Source of the DNA: Candidatus Moraniibacteriota bacterium
Lineage (GTDB): Bacteria > Patescibacteriota > Minisyncoccia > Moranbacterales > UBA1568
DNA length: 64,000 bases
NCBI GenBank assembly: GCA_037201605.1
Contig: JBBCGM010000002.1
Coordinates: forward strand, 144,697 to 208,696
Direction: 5' to 3'
Shown: one piece after another, positions 1 through 12,192 of the stretch
How the letters are laid out: the number at the start of each line of letters is the position of its first letter
Position numbering within the stretch: position 1 is the stretch's first letter
Translations under genes and position numbers: made by a program
The notes under the pieces: generated by a model
Databases searched by the model: none
What the model was told of the DNA's origin: nothing
The model's input: only the letters and a program-made list of their open reading frames with translations

Positions 1-1847
1 GTGCGCGACTTCCTCAACCTTTTCTTTATTCTCGGACTGCTCTTTGTGGCCTTTGCTACCATCTTCCAGATATCGAGCTACAGCCTGATGGGCACCAAGA
101 AGATTTTGATCAAAATCCTCATCGCGGCACTCCTCATCAATTTCAGCTTTCCCCTTGCCCGCATCATGATTGACGTGGCAAACGTCCCCCATGTATTTTT
201 TCGCTAACTCCCTCTTAGCCAATCCCAACGATTCCTCGAGCGTTTTCGAAACCGCTTTTGCCTCTGCCAGACTTAAGGACCCTGCTCATTGATACCAGTG
301 ACGTTACGAATAATGACATCAGCCGTCTTATCGCGGCCATTGTGTTTATGGCTATTTTTGCCGGAACGCTTCTGGTGCTGGCGCTCCAGTTCGTGATCCG
401 TCTCATCGCCCTCCTTATTTTGGTTATCCTCTCGCCTATAGGATTCGTTGGTGGTGCTGTGCCTGGAATGCAAAGCATAGCCAGTCAGTGGTGGAAGTAT
501 TTTATGAAGTATGCTTTTTTTGGTCCCGCAGCCATGTTCATGCTGGTGCTGTCCGCGCAGTTCTTCTACGCCATCGGCGGGAATAACGGCGGAACGTATC
601 AGAATTTTGTCCAATCGGCTGGGAGCAGTACGAGTCAGACCTGGACGGACATGGTGGCTTCCATGGCCATTTTTTCTATCCCGATTATCTTGCTTTGGTT
701 TACGATCGGCCTCGGGCAGAAAATGGCAGTCGTGAGCGCGGGAGCCGGTTTCGCTTCCGGGGCCTTCGTCCAGAAGAAATTGAAAGGACTGGGAGCAGGG
801 ACATTGAAAGGCATTGCCAGTCCCGTTACGACCCGTGCAAAGGGATTGGGCCAAGGCATCAAGGAAGGGGCGTACAAAGGGAAGCTCCTGGGTGTTGATT
901 ACGGAAGCAAGGGCATTGGCAAATTCTTAGCCGGAAAAACCTATAAGCAGGGAGGCGAGAATGCTGAGGCGAAATATCGCGGTTTTGCCCAAGGCCGCGG
1001 CGCTGGCGCGCAGACAGAATTGGAGAAATTGCACAATAAGCGTGTTACGGAAGAAGAAAAGAGCCTGGAAGAGCAGCGCACCAATCGTTCCACGCTTCTC
1101 CAAATGGCAAAAAATGATAATAAGAAGTACAAGAAAGAACAGGTGGAGGCTGCCGTTAACGTTCTTTCCAAGAAAGACGGCATCACCAATGAGGCTGAGA
1201 TGAACATCGCTCTGCAAGCTCTTGAGAGTGCAAATGGCAAGGGTTCACAGGCAACTCTTGATAAGAAACAAGCGATTATTAAAAAGGCAGGAGGAGAAAT
1301 TTATCAAAGTGCAGATGGTTTGGCTAATGCGGCTTCTATCCTTGGGGATGATGTAAAGAGCATTGGTGCCTTGGTAGATAAAGCGAATGACAAGGCGCTC
1401 GGAGGCCTTTCGGACGATAGTCAGCCGCGCGGCAAGCGTGCTGAAAACTACCGGAAGATCTTTACGATCACTGATAGTACAGGAAAGACGGTTAAAAGTG
1501 ACGCTCTTAAATCCAAGCTTGATACGAAACTCAAGAAAGAAGGAAAGATCAAAGTGCTTATTGATGCTGAGCTGGACGAACAGAATGCTCTCATCTCGAC
1601 CGGAATCGTATCCGAACCCGAACTCTATCGCGAACGTTTCCTCAAAATGTCTCCCAAGGATATTGCTAAGGCTGATGGTCTTAATGGCGATCTTTCAACT
1701 CCGATGAATCCTCACCTCAAAGACTTCATTAAGTCTCAGTTGGACACGGGATCCTGGACATTGAAAGATCAGCAGGATGCCTTTGCTGAGCTAAAAAGTG
1801 CGCAGAAAGAGGTATGGAGAAAAGAGGGCTTTCAGCCTGGGAAATAG
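1..1847 (+). CDS. Polytopic membrane protein, TrbL/VirB6-like candidate (5' partial; frame break ~207-258)
   Basis: ORFs 1..207 and 258..1847 both carry several hydrophobic helices (e.g. LIAAIVFMAIFAGTLLVLALQFVIRLIALLILVILSPIGF), followed by a long Lys/Ala/Gly-rich soluble tail. The gene lies upstream of the PrgI-like and VirB4-like genes. The family call rests on topology and context only. Confidence 0.4.
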
Positions 1848-1850
1848 TGT

Positions 1851-2900
1851 ATGACAGAACCAACCAAAATAAATGAGCGGCGCTTCTACCCTCTCTTGGC
1901 ATCAACCGCCGGGAGCGAGATTCCGCAAACGGAAAAAGAGGGTCGTGAAGTTTGGAATACATTCGACAAACTTCCGGAAGATAAAAGAAGAGTCCTCCTT
2001 TCCTCTCAGATCATTGAGAAGCTTTTTCAGGCCGAGAAAAATCTCAGGCTTTCTCCGGAAGATACGAACAAAGCTTCTCTATCGATCCGCAAGCTTTTCT
2101 TCGGCCAAATCCAGCCGCAAGACCTGCAAAGTCTTGTAGGGAATGAGATGAGTGAATACATCAAAAAAGAGATTCTAACCCTGAGTATTCCCCCAGAGCC
2201 TTTAGAAGAAGAGGCTGATGAACAGGAGAGTAAAGTTGAAGGAGCAGTAATCTCTCAGAGAGCAGTGCAGCAGGCAAAACTTCCACTTCTTGATGCGCTT
2301 GGCAAGTACCCAGCGCTTGGCAATCAACTGATTACTTCCGAACGCATCCGGGTGAAGTCCGAAAGCCAGCCCGTGCGGCCGTCTCTTTTTCACTGGCTCA
2401 AATACTACCGCGACGAGCTGGGTATCGGCTACCATGACAGCATCCAGCGCGGCCAGTTCCTGTATCGTTCCGAGAATGGCAAACGCCTGAGTCCTGAGGA
2501 GCGCGAACGAGTCAACTTGCTCCTTAAATCAGTCGAGGAACAATTCCCACTTCCCATTGATCTTGAGCGAAACGAGATTCGTTTCCCCGCGTTTGAGCAT
2601 GAGCGCGCACCGCAGCCTGTCAGTGAAATTACCAAACCTGCTCAATCCATGGAGGAGCGGTATGCTGCGAGACCCACTCCTGCTATTTCTTCTACGCCGC
2701 ACTTCTCATTTATGAAGGGGCCAAGTTTGGCGGCTCAACCGGAAAACGTGCCAGCTCCGGAACCGGTCCAGTCAAAAATCACCTGGAAGCCCCAGGAAAT
2801 CCTTCAGGCTCCTCCTATCGCTGACAAGATGACGGCAGCTTCTTGGACGGGGCTTTCGGAACGAGGCGGGTTTTTCAGTTATGCAGGAATCAGTACTTAA
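1851..2900 (+). CDS. Hypothetical protein (349 aa)
   Basis: Long uninterrupted ORF starting 4 nt after the preceding stop, co-oriented with the T4SS-like block. No motif recognised. Confidence 0.5.
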   Translation: MTEPTKINERRFYPLLASTAGSEIPQTEKEGREVWNTFDKLPEDKRRVLLSSQIIEKLFQAEKNLRLSPEDTNKASLSIRKLFFGQIQPQDLQSLVGNEMSEYIKKEILTLSIPPEPLEEEADEQESKVEGAVISQRAVQQAKLPLLDALGKYPALGNQLITSERIRVKSESQPVRPSLFHWLKYYRDELGIGYHDSIQRGQFLYRSENGKRLSPEERERVNLLLKSVEEQFPLPIDLERNEIRFPAFEHERAPQPVSEITKPAQSMEERYAARPTPAISSTPHFSFMKGPSLAAQPENVPAPEPVQSKITWKPQEILQAPPIADKMTAASWTGLSERGGFFSYAGIST

Positions 2901-3162
2901 TCCTCTCAACAAGCCTCCAGAAAAAGTTTCCCAGCCGGAAGAGATACCTGCTGAAAATCTGCGCTTTTCCTCTACTCAGGTGCTGCCGGCTGAGGAAGAG
3001 GCCAAAATCGCCGCCGCTCGCAAGCAAATTTCCCAGAATGCTATGCAGGGAGCAATTGCTGCGCCCGCAAGTACGCCAGAAGCCAGCCAACCGATCTCTG
3101 CTGACTCCGATGCAGGTCACAGCCCTTTCTACATCAGCCCGGCGACGCGCCGAAAGAACTAA
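2881..3162 (+). CDS. Hypothetical Pro/Ala/Glu-rich protein, or a frame-shifted continuation of 1851..2900
   Basis: 93-aa ORF overlapping the end of the previous ORF by 20 nt in another frame. Low-complexity sequence. Confidence 0.3.
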   Translation: MQESVLNPLNKPPEKVSQPEEIPAENLRFSSTQVLPAEEEAKIAAARKQISQNAMQGAIAAPASTPEASQPISADSDAGHSPFYISPATRRKN

Positions 3163-3171
3163 AAAATCGCT

Positions 3172-3583
3172 ATGATGTCTAGTGTTCCCCAATTTACGGA
3201 TGTCGAAGACAAGATCGCAGGCCCGCTTACCTGGAGGCAGATTCTCTGGATGATCGGTATGGGCGGTGTTCTTTTGGTACTCTACAATATTCTGAACAGT
3301 GCTGCTTTTTTTGTAGCGGCCATACCTGTTATCTTGGTGTTTTCTCTATTTGCTTTTTATCGTCCGAATGGCGTTTCGATGCTGACCTTTAGCTATTTTG
3401 CCATTTTTTATTTTTTTCCGTCCCAAGGTTTCCGTATGGGAACGTACGGCATCCAGGCCATCGAAACGTACTCTGTCTCAAGCGTCGGCCCCTTCCTCTC
3501 AGTCTGTGTCAGTTCCCGAACCGAAACGTCTGAGCCAGCAGCGCCTCAAAGAGTTGGCAAAAATGCTGGATGGAGGCGCTTAG
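3172..3583 (+). CDS. PrgI/VirB3-like small membrane protein (frame break in the T-run near 3410-3420)
   Basis: The N-terminus PQFTDVEDKIAGPLTWRQILWMIGMGGVLLVLY plus a second TM helix fits the PrgI-family pattern. The C-terminus continues in ORF 3398..3583 (FFRPKVSVWERT...). Confidence 0.55.
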
Positions 3584-3630
3584 CGCAAGTGTCTTCGAAC
3601 ATTGATTGATGTTAGAATAGCTAAGAAGCT

Positions 3631-4309
3631 ATGGAATTATTGAAACCGAAACAAAAAACGAGCGGCGCGAGTACCCAGGCGTATGTCCATGTCGAAGAAA
3701 TCCGTGAAGGCATCATCGTCCTGAAAAGCGGCGCGCTCCGGGCCATCCTCTTGGTTTCTTCGCTCAATTTCGATCTCAAGTCCAGTACCGAGCAGGATGC
3801 CATTATCGCTCAGTATCAGGCATTCTTGAATTCGCTTGATTTTCCGGTGCAGATCGTTGTGAGTTCGCGTCGCTTCGATGTAGCACCCTACCTTGAACAG
3901 CTTTCTGACAAGGAAAAAGAGCAGGGAAAACGAGCTGCTGCGCTTCCAAATCTCCGAATACCAGCACTTCATAAAGGCTCTTTCTGAAGCTTCTAACATC
4001 ATGTCGAAATTTTTCTACGTGGTAGTGCCTTTTTCTCCGTCTGAGGACCAAAAGAACGGCCTTCTCGGAACGCTCTCCGGCATATTCAGTCCCAAGGCGG
4101 TGAAAAGCGATGAGAACCTCTTCGAAAGCTATCGCGGCCAGCTTTTCCAGCGCCTCGATCAAGTCGCCGCCGCTCTTTCGAGCACCGGAGTGCAGGCGAC
4201 GAGACTGAATACTGAAGAGGTCATTGAACTGCTCTATGACAGTTACAATCCCTCCCTGTTTGCGGCCGATGACATAAAAGACGTAGACGATTTAGAACTC
4301 GCCTCATAA
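3631..4309 (+). CDS. Hypothetical protein immediately upstream of the VirB4-like ATPase (frame break ~3930)
   Basis: ORFs 3631..3987 and 3893..4309 join into one ~225-aa product. Co-oriented, ending 7 nt before the ATPase ORF. Confidence 0.45.
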
Positions 4310-4316
4310 TAAGCGC

Positions 4317-6194
4317 ATGGAACCAGGCATCATTCTCCAAGAGCCGGATCAGGTTGGGGCTCCCCAGGGGCCGACCCCTCCCAGCAAAAAGGGATTGTTT
4401 TCGCGTGTGCGCGTACCCTCTGTCGGTCCGAGCGAGGATCTCTATCAGAAAGGCCTCTCGACGGTCCGTGATCTGATTGCTCCGCCGGCTATCAAGGTCA
4501 TGCCGGGCAGTATGCGCATCGGGAGCGTCGTCGCACGCACCCTGTTCGTGGTTGCCTATCCGCGTTTCCTTTCAACGAGCTGGTTCTCGCCGATCGTCAA
4601 CATCGATTTTCCAATGGATATCTCCCTTTTTATCCATCCCGTGGATACGGCAGAAATTCTCAAAAACCTGCGCAAACAGAGTGCTCAGATCCAGTCGCAA
4701 ATAGGCCTTGAAGCGGAAGGCGGCAAGGTACGCAATCCGGTCCTTGAGACCGCACTTGAAGATGTTGAAGGCCTGCGCGATAGGCTGCAGCAGGGGACGG
4801 AACACTTCTTCCGTTTCGGACTCTATCTGACGCTCTATGGAGCCGATGACAAAGATCTGGACGACAAAACCAACCAGATCGAGGCAAATCTTGGAAGCCC
4901 AGCTGGTCTATACCAAGCCGGCTACCCTGCGCATGGACCAGGGCTTTATGGCGACGCGGCCGCTTGCAGAAGATACTTTGGACGTGGCCAACAATCTCAA
5001 TACCGAGCCGCTCGCTACCACTTTCCCCTTTGTTTCGTCTGACCTTTCTTCTAACCAGGGTATTCTCTACGGTATTAATCGCCATAATAACAGCCCTGAT
5101 TCTCTTCGATCGATTCCAGCTTGAGAACGCCAATATGGTGGTCTTTGCCAAGTCCGGTGCCGGAAAAAAGCTATACCGTGAAGCTCGAAGTGCTCCGCGC
5201 CATGATGTTCGGAGCAAGCGTCATCATCATCGATCCGGAAAACGAGTACAAGCACCTTTGTGAAGCGGTGGGCGGCAGCTTCTTGAAAATTTCTCTCAGT
5301 TCGGATGTGCACCTCAATCCGTTCGATCTGCCGACCCAGGTAGAGGATGAAGACACGGAGAGTATTTTCCGCAATACCATAGCCAATCTTGTCGGGCTTC
5401 TCCACCTGATGCTTGGCGATGTGACGCCTGAAGAAGACACGATACTCGACCGAGCCATTCATGAAACCTATGGCCTGCGCGATATCACCGCCCATTCCGA
5501 TTCCCACGCCCTCACTCCGGACATGTTTCCGACCATGTCCGATCTCTACCAAGTGCTCCAGAATATGGAGGGCGGCGAAGGTTTGGCGCTGCGCTTAGAG
5601 CGCTACACGGAAGGCATTTTCGGCGGGTTCCTCAATAAACACACGAATATCTCGACCGACAATCAGCTGGTCGTTTTCAACATTCGCGATTTGGAGGAAG
5701 AATTGCGGCCGATCGCCATGTACATCGTCCTCCAATACATGTGGAACGAGATGCGCAAGAACGTCAAAAAGCGCCTGGTGGTCGTAGATGAGGCCTGGGT
5801 CATGATGCAAAACGAAGACGCAGCCTCGTTCCTTTTCGGGATCGCCAAACGGGCCCGTAAATACTATACGGGGCTTACGACCATCACCCAAGACATCGGG
5901 GATTTTATGAACTCCCGTTACGGCAAGCCGATTATTACCAACTCGTCTCTGCAGCTTCTGCTCCGCCAGTCACCAGCTTCTATTGAAACCATAGCCGAAA
6001 CCTTTTATCTGACCGACAACGAGAAATTTCTCTTGCTTGAGAGTAACGTCGGAGAGGGTATTTTCTTCGCCGGTACCAAGCATGCCGCTATCAAAGTTAT
6101 TGCTTCTTACAGCGAGGATCAAATTATTACTTCCGACCCGCGCCAACTCGCAGAGATTGAAGACGCTAAGAGAGACTTTGATAGCCAACCGTAG
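4317..6194 (+). CDS. virB4: VirB4/TrbE-like type IV secretion ATPase (three frame breaks, ~4895, ~5095 and ~5165)
   Basis: Four overlapping ORF pieces (4317..5042, 4837..5124, 4964..5263, 5121..6194) read through as one protein. It has a Walker A (FAKSGAGKS), IIIDPENEY, a Walker-B-like LVVVDEAW, and TTITQDIGDF. Confidence 0.75.
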
Positions 6195-6196
6195 AT

Positions 6197-6637
6197 ATGG
6201 AAGCGACACCTCCCAAGATTAATATCGGACGCCAGAGCGCGCAGATCCAAGCAAGTCGCACCCGGATAGCGCTTCGTGAGCAGTCTTTGTCCGAAGAGGC
6301 AAAGTCAGTGCACTTTTTTGCCTATATGCCAGCTCTGCTTCTGGCTGTGTTCAAGGATATTCTAGATTTTACCGGGATAGGATCATTGCCTGCTATTGGA
6401 ACAGCTGTGACGATAGTCGTTTCCTTCTTTATCTATATGTGCCTCCATGCTTTTGCTCCTCATGCCGATAGCCATGCCGGCATGCGCCGCGGACTGATCA
6501 TGCTCTCCGGCGGAGGTATTGAGGCAATTTTCCTCGGCTTGAATTTTTTGCCTATTGAAACCCTGGCAGTGTTAGCGATTTATTTTTTGGACAAAAAGCC
6601 TTTCCAGAACATAGTGAATCGTCCTCTGAAAGTCTAG
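6197..6637 (+). CDS. Small integral membrane protein
   Basis: 146-aa ORF starting 3 nt after the virB4-like stop, with three or four hydrophobic helices. Confidence 0.5.
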   Translation: MEATPPKINIGRQSAQIQASRTRIALREQSLSEEAKSVHFFAYMPALLLAVFKDILDFTGIGSLPAIGTAVTIVVSFFIYMCLHAFAPHADSHAGMRRGLIMLSGGGIEAIFLGLNFLPIETLAVLAIYFLDKKPFQNIVNRPLKV

Positions 6638-6680
6638 AAACTCACGCTGCCTACCTTTTGTTTAGAATAGAGAAAGAACT

Positions 6681-7340
6681 ATGAGAGCATTTACCGCACA
6701 TCAAAAGCGATTTATCGGGACGAGCGCCCTCATCCTGCTTTCTCTCGCCTTTTTCGCGTTTTTCGAAGAATCAAGCGGCTTGGGAGCAGCTCTCCAAGGC
6801 AGCATTATCGGACTTGTCTTCTTCTTTGTATTACCGCTTGCCTACTGCCGCCTTGTATTGCGTGAGCCGCTTTCCCACCTCGGCTGGCAGAAAAGCGTCT
6901 ATAACTGGGCCCTTCCTTTCACCCTCCTTGTAACAGCCGCTTGGCTCGCTTTGGAATACCTACTCTCTCTTCGTTTTGGGCAGTTTTCCGAGATGTATTT
7001 TCTGCCGGTGCTGGTCGAACAGCATTTCCCCTGGTTCGTACTCTACGAAATCCTTATGGTGCCGCTCATCGTGGTTGTCTATGAAACCTTTTTTCGCGGC
7101 CTGATCCAAACCCTTTGGCTTTCTACTCTCGGATGGTACGCGGTCCTTGTCCAAGCGGGTCTCTTTTATGCCCTTTTCTTTGTGAGCACCAGTTTTACCT
7201 GGAATGCGCTCCCGCTGCTCCTTTTTGCTCCTGCCCGCCGGTATCATTGCGTACCGTACCCAATCCCTCTGGTTTTCCGTGCTCGCCTCATGGCTTTTTT
7301 TGCTGATAACCGATATCTTTATGCTAGCGGTTCGCTCCTA
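6681..7340 (+). CDS. CPBP-family (CAAX-type) intramembrane protease (frame break ~7230)
   Basis: Polytopic protein with VVVYETFFRGLIQ (an EExxxR-like motif). The corrected C-terminus AGIIAYRTQSLWFSVLA..LITDIFMLAVRS ends at the TAA at 7338-7340. Confidence 0.55.
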
Positions 7341-7351
7341 AATTTCCGATT

Positions 7352-10138
7352 ATGCGCCTTTTCTTGCAGAAAAAACACAAAAGAATCCTCTCCTTTTTTG
7401 CCATCCTCATTTTCTTTTTTTCCGGTGCGTTGCCTACCTTTGCGCTTTTTGGGGGCCTGAAAATCCCGACACCTTCCAACATCGCTTCTGACATCGAAAA
7501 GCGCTACCACATCGATCTGGAAAATATCCAGGATACAGGAGAGATTTTCAATGTGGCTCAAAACAAGCAGCCGGCGCCCCAGGTTTCGCTCTTCTTCAGT
7601 CCGAGCGACCCGCGGCCGGGCGAGAAAATCTCTGCTCAAGCCTTTCCTACCTATTTTATTACTACGCCTGAGAACCTTTACTATACCTGGTACCTGAAGC
7701 GCCAAGGGTGTGACCTGTCGAATAGCCCCTCATCTGCCAATCGTACGGCTTGCGACCGAAATGGAGACGGCCGGATCACCGTTGAAGATTGGAAAGTGGA
7801 AGCGATGCGTATCCTGGCGCAAAACGGCTATGATTCTACCGAGACAAATTATTCGGCTGCCGCGGATAGCGATGGCTACCGAGCTCCTTTTGGAGGCAAC
7901 AACCAAACGAATAACGCCCATTATTGCTATATAAACGATGCCCGTACCGGAGTCAATTACGAGATCGCCGATTCGGGGGAGATTTCTTTTTCTTGTCCGT
8001 CCGGTACCAGCCCGGTATGTATGATTCCCGACCAGGGTTTTGAGCCCTCCACTATTCCCGGGAACACGGCTGGCAACAGCGATGATGGAGAAACATTCAC
8101 TGTGAGCGATACCGGCGAGTGCGCGATCTCGGGGCTCCCGGCCTGCGGTTCGGATGGGAATCCGGTCTGTGGCGTAGGCACGCCGCGCTGTGTGGCTGAT
8201 CCTCAGAATGACGCGACGCTTTCTGCGGATCGGCGCTTACTTCCTGTAATGCTGCGCCTCGCAGTGAATCGGACCCGTATTGCCGCCACTTGTTTCCCAG
8301 TGCTCCTGGTACGACCACGGGCGACGGATCATTCGGCACGACCGAAGAGCGTTTCTGGGGGACCGACCCCAATGACGATGACACCGCAGACAACGGCAAT
8401 AAGGATGAGGCCAACGTGGCAGGTCTCGGACAATCGATTTTTACTTGGAATTACGATTCCGGTGATCAAGTCGGCGTCGCAGTCGAGGGAGCTTCCCTGA
8501 TTGCCACCAAGCACGAAGACAATTCCGTCATGATCATGTGGGCTTTCCCCAAGAATGATTGCCCTGTGGATGTAGCGGATTCCACTGGCTCCTACAGCCA
8601 GAAGATCAACGGCTATTCCGTGGAATTTGAAACGGCCAATATCGACCTCAATAAATGTATCGAACGCAACCTTGTCGATCCTACCCAGGGCGGCCAACCT
8701 ACCAATCTCCAGGTCCAAGTTTCGGCTACTCCCCAAGATCCGATTAATGACGAGAGTGGTGACAAAGGCGGTGACGTGGTGACGGCTTTGGCTTCTGTGA
8801 GCAATAGCCAACAGGATAGCTCTGGGACCACTTACGACTGGCAGGTAGATCTCAGCAACAATATCCAATTCAGTTCTGCTATCGGCCCGACAGCCGATGT
8901 GACTGAAGATCTGCGGACTTTGGGTCTTCTGGGTGCTACCGAAGGCAACATGCTCTCAAGCGTTCGGTCCAAGCTCGACATTCCGAGAACGGCAACGCTC
9001 GGCGGCCGCCCCCTTTCCAGCTATCTTCTGAGCGATGTCGGGTACTTGCGTTTCTCGGTACGCGTCACGGAGAATTTTTCTTCCAATGTTACCCGCAAGG
9101 GCAGGAGCGACGTGATCGTCAAATTTGTCTCAAGTGGCAAGAAGATTTCGGCCTACAAGGCGGAGCCGGTCCTTATTTCCGGAAAAATGCGCGTTGCCCC
9201 TGCCTGCCTCGCGTAATGTGATCTGCAACGATGACGTGCTCGACCGCAGCGTGTGCCGCGTCGTCCAGAATGAAGTTATCGGACTTCGTGTCGATCCCTC
9301 GGGACTGAGTAATTTCTCTTGGATGGTCAACGGAGTGCCGCTTTCCTGTACCCAGTCCGGTGTGTCGCCTGACTGCGTAGATGGGACTCAGAACGAGGTG
9401 ACCTTTTTACCAGTGACGGGAAATATAGGCGATACGTATACCGTGACGCTTATTGCAAGCGATGCTGAAAGCGGAAAGACCGTCACCTTGGCGCGCACCT
9501 TTAATGTCATTGAGCCCCAAGTTACCATTGTGTCGGCTGATGAGAATCTGGTATGGAGGCAACTCTTGGGCCAGTACCGTGATATCACGGGCCAGGCAAC
9601 CGACTGTCCAGATGGGCTCTGCAATGATTACAGCGAAGACATACTCGATACCTATGCCGGCGACGTGCCCGTGCTCAAAGCGAAGTTTATTCCGAGCTTC
9701 CTCGGAGCTTCCTCCGAGCGTGCCTGGAAGCTGGACGGACAAGAGATCGGCGAAGACCAGTCGCAACAGATTTCCTTTGCAGCCGACAAGCCGGCAGGCA
9801 GCGAGTACAATATCACTCTCTCGGCGAGCATAGCCCAGTCCGATGAGACGCGGCGTGCTTTGCTTGATACCTGGGGGGTTTCGCCGCTCAATTCTCCGGA
9901 AGTCAACTTTAGCGATAGTGCCCAGGTACAGCTCCTTGATCCCAATCTGGCTGCGGCGCCAAAAGGAATAATCCAACGCTCTTTTGCAGCAATCGCTTCT
10001 TACCTGCCGAGCTCCCTCCTCTTCTCGCTCCGCATCTTGCTTTCCGGAGCCCTCATTCTCTTTGCTGCAAGCTTTGTCATGGCAGCTGTTCCAGGCGAGC
10101 GTCTCGCCTCCCGTCCCGTGAAGGCCGAGGAAGAATAG
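7352..10138 (+). CDS. Large secreted, Cys-rich protein with a C-terminal membrane anchor (two frame breaks)
   Basis: ORFs 7352..8500, 8290..9216 and 9125..10138 overlap and read on from one another. It has an N-terminal signal/anchor (ILSFFAILIFFFSGALPTFA) and a C-terminal TM (LLFSLRILLSGALILFAASFVMAAV). Confidence 0.55.
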
Positions 10139-10154
10139 AAGGTAAACGAAAAGC

Positions 10155-10181
10155 AAAAAACCCGGATATCCCGGGTTTTTT
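10155..10181. terminator. Bidirectional rho-independent terminator
   Basis: AAAAAACCCGG-ATAT-CCGGGTTTTTT: a perfect hairpin flanked by an A-tract and a T-tract, between the convergent large-protein gene and tRNA-Leu. Confidence 0.8.
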
Positions 10182-10189
10182 ATATGGTG

Positions 10190-10273
10190 TGGGCAGGGAG
10201 GGACTCGAACCCTCAATTCACAAGGGAAACCAGTTCCTAAGACTGGCGCGTATACCAATTCCGCCACCTGCCC
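10190..10273 (-). tRNA. tRNA-Leu (anticodon TAG), class II with a long variable arm
   Basis: Manual cloverleaf: acceptor GGGCAGG/CCTGCCC, anticodon stem CCAGT/ACTGG with loop CTTAGGA, T-arm GAGGG-TTCGAGT-CCCTC. Confidence 0.85.
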
Positions 10274-10280
10274 GAAACAA

Positions 10281-10559
10281 CTAGACTATCTTTGCATGTT
10301 CTCCGAAAAAGGCAAGAAGCCTCTTCCCCTCTTCTTCGGTGGCGCCCCCCTCGTATTCGCCATGGTGGCGCGTCGTGTCTCCGTAGGTATGCTTCTTGTG
10401 ATCCAGATGGAGGCTTATGTGCAGAGCCATCTTTTCCATGCGCGTGTAGGCATGGAAGCGCGGATAGCCGCCACGCCCCAACTCTCGCACGAAGCTCATC
10501 TCGTTGTTTTCTTGGCGCTGAAAAAGCATACCCCGCCCGTCGCATGAGGGTAAGCGCAT
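10281..10559 (-). CDS. Hypothetical His-rich small protein
   Basis: 92-aa ORF filling the gap between two tRNA genes (…HISLHLDHKKHTYGDTTRHHGEYEGG…). No family recognised. Confidence 0.35.
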   Translation of the reverse strand: MRLPSCDGRGMLFQRQENNEMSFVRELGRGGYPRFHAYTRMEKMALHISLHLDHKKHTYGDTTRHHGEYEGGATEEEGKRLLAFFGEHAKIV

Positions 10560-10591
10560 TCTCAGTAATAGGATTGACGGTGATTTTCATG

Positions 10592-10661
10592 TCGGAGCGC
10601 CGGGATTGAACCCGGTCTACACCCACCCGAAGGGCGCGTACTACCGGTATACTACGCTCCG
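10592..10661 (-). tRNA. tRNA-Pro (anticodon CGG); T-loop is one nt short as assembled
   Basis: Acceptor CGGAGCG/CGCTCCG, D-arm GTAT/GTAC, anticodon stem CGCCC/GGGTG with loop TTCGGGT. The T-arm is CCGGG-TTCAAT-CCCGG, a 6-nt loop where 7 is canonical. Confidence 0.75.
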
Positions 10662-10671
10662 ATACTTCTCG

Positions 10672-12146
10672 CTACTCTACATAGTGCTTCTTCTTGATCG
10701 CTTTTTCTTGGGAAGTCTTCTCTTCTTCGATGGCCTGCTTGGCCAGGCGGCGCAGTTCTTCCGTATCGTGTGAAGCAAGCTCTCTCGCGCGGGCCAGAAG
10801 CGTCTCGCGCGTATTACGCTTTGGGTCCTCGATGACTTCCGCCAGAAGGATATCCAGCAGAGCACCGATCTTCGGGCCGGCTGGAATAGCGAGCGTCTCA
10901 ATGAGTCCGTACCTTTGAGAGCAAGCATCTTGGCCGAGAGCGGATCCTGGGACACTTTTTCGATCATGTATTCCAGGTGGCGCAATTTGTAGGGCTTGGC
11001 CTTGGGCACGCCGGAACCCAGGCGGTCTCCGATGCGCACGGCCATCAGATCATCCATGTTTTGGAGCCCTACCCGTTTGACGAGGCGGCGTACCGAGGCT
11101 TCCGTCACCTCGTCCACATTGTAGTAGAAGAGATGGTTGTCGACGAGCAGTGTCGCTTTCTCGACCACGGCGCGCGGGTAGCGCATGCGGGTGAGAATCA
11201 CGCGCGTCATACGGGCTCCTACATGGTCGTGATTGTAGAAGGTCGAGCGATAGCCCTCGCCGCGCTTGGTGCGGGGCTTGGCAACATCGTGAAGAAGGGC
11301 GGCCAGCCGCACGGAGAGCTTGCGGGATGGGCAGGTGGCCAAGGCGCGCACGTTGTGTTCCCAGACCGTGTAGATGTGGTGGAGGTTCTGGGTGACGCCG
11401 ATACCCTCGCGCAGCTCGGGGATGATAAATTGCAGGAGTCCGGCAGCTTCCAAGAGTTCAACGCCGTAGGCCGGCGAGTCCGAAAGAATAATTTTGGAGG
11501 AATTCGTCGCGGATGCGTTCCTGAGAAATAGCCTGCAAGCCGGCTGCCTCTTCTTTGAGCGCTACAAAAGTTGCATCCTCAATGCGCCAGTCTTGACGCG
11601 GCTCTTTCGCTTTCGGATCGCGCAGTTCGGCGGCAAAGCGCACCGCCCGCATGAGGCGGAGGGGCGTCCCTCCCGGAAGCGCGCATGGGGATCGCCAACG
11701 GTGCGGATCACTTTTTCCTTCAGATCCGTTTGGCCGGCGTACGGATCAATGAGGACAAAAGCCCCATCCCGCTTGCCGTAGGCTAGGGCATTGATCGTGA
11801 AGTCGCGCCGACTGAGATCCTCTTCAAGGGTCGTTACGAAATCCAACTGCTCCGGTCGGCGTTTGTCCGTATAGGCCGATTCGCGCCGGTAGGTCGTGAC
11901 TTCGATGATGTCGTGTTCAAAACGCTCTGGGGTAGTGGAGAGAAAACGAGGCACCTTGATGCCGACGGTACCGAAGGTGTTTTCGTACACGTGGTCGGGA
12001 AAAAGTTTCTGGACTTCTTCCGGACGAGCGTTGGTCGCCAAATCCCAGTCTTTGGGCGCGCGTCCCAGCACCAGATCGCGGACCGAGCCGCCGACAGCGA
12101 ACGCCTCGAAACCGGCCTCACCGAGAGCGGCCATAATGTCGGACAC
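10672..12146 (-). CDS. cca: CCA-adding enzyme / tRNA nucleotidyltransferase with HD domain (several frame breaks)
   Basis: N-terminus FAVGGSVRDLVLGRAPKDWDLATNARPEEV. The HD region (LLHDVAKP) lies in ORF 10677..11453. Pieces 11562..12146, 11458..11652 and 10677..11453 are collinear. Confidence 0.75.
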
Positions 12147-12192
12147 CGGTTGGGGAAGCGGGGTACTGCATACCGAAAGGGAGACGAAGAAT

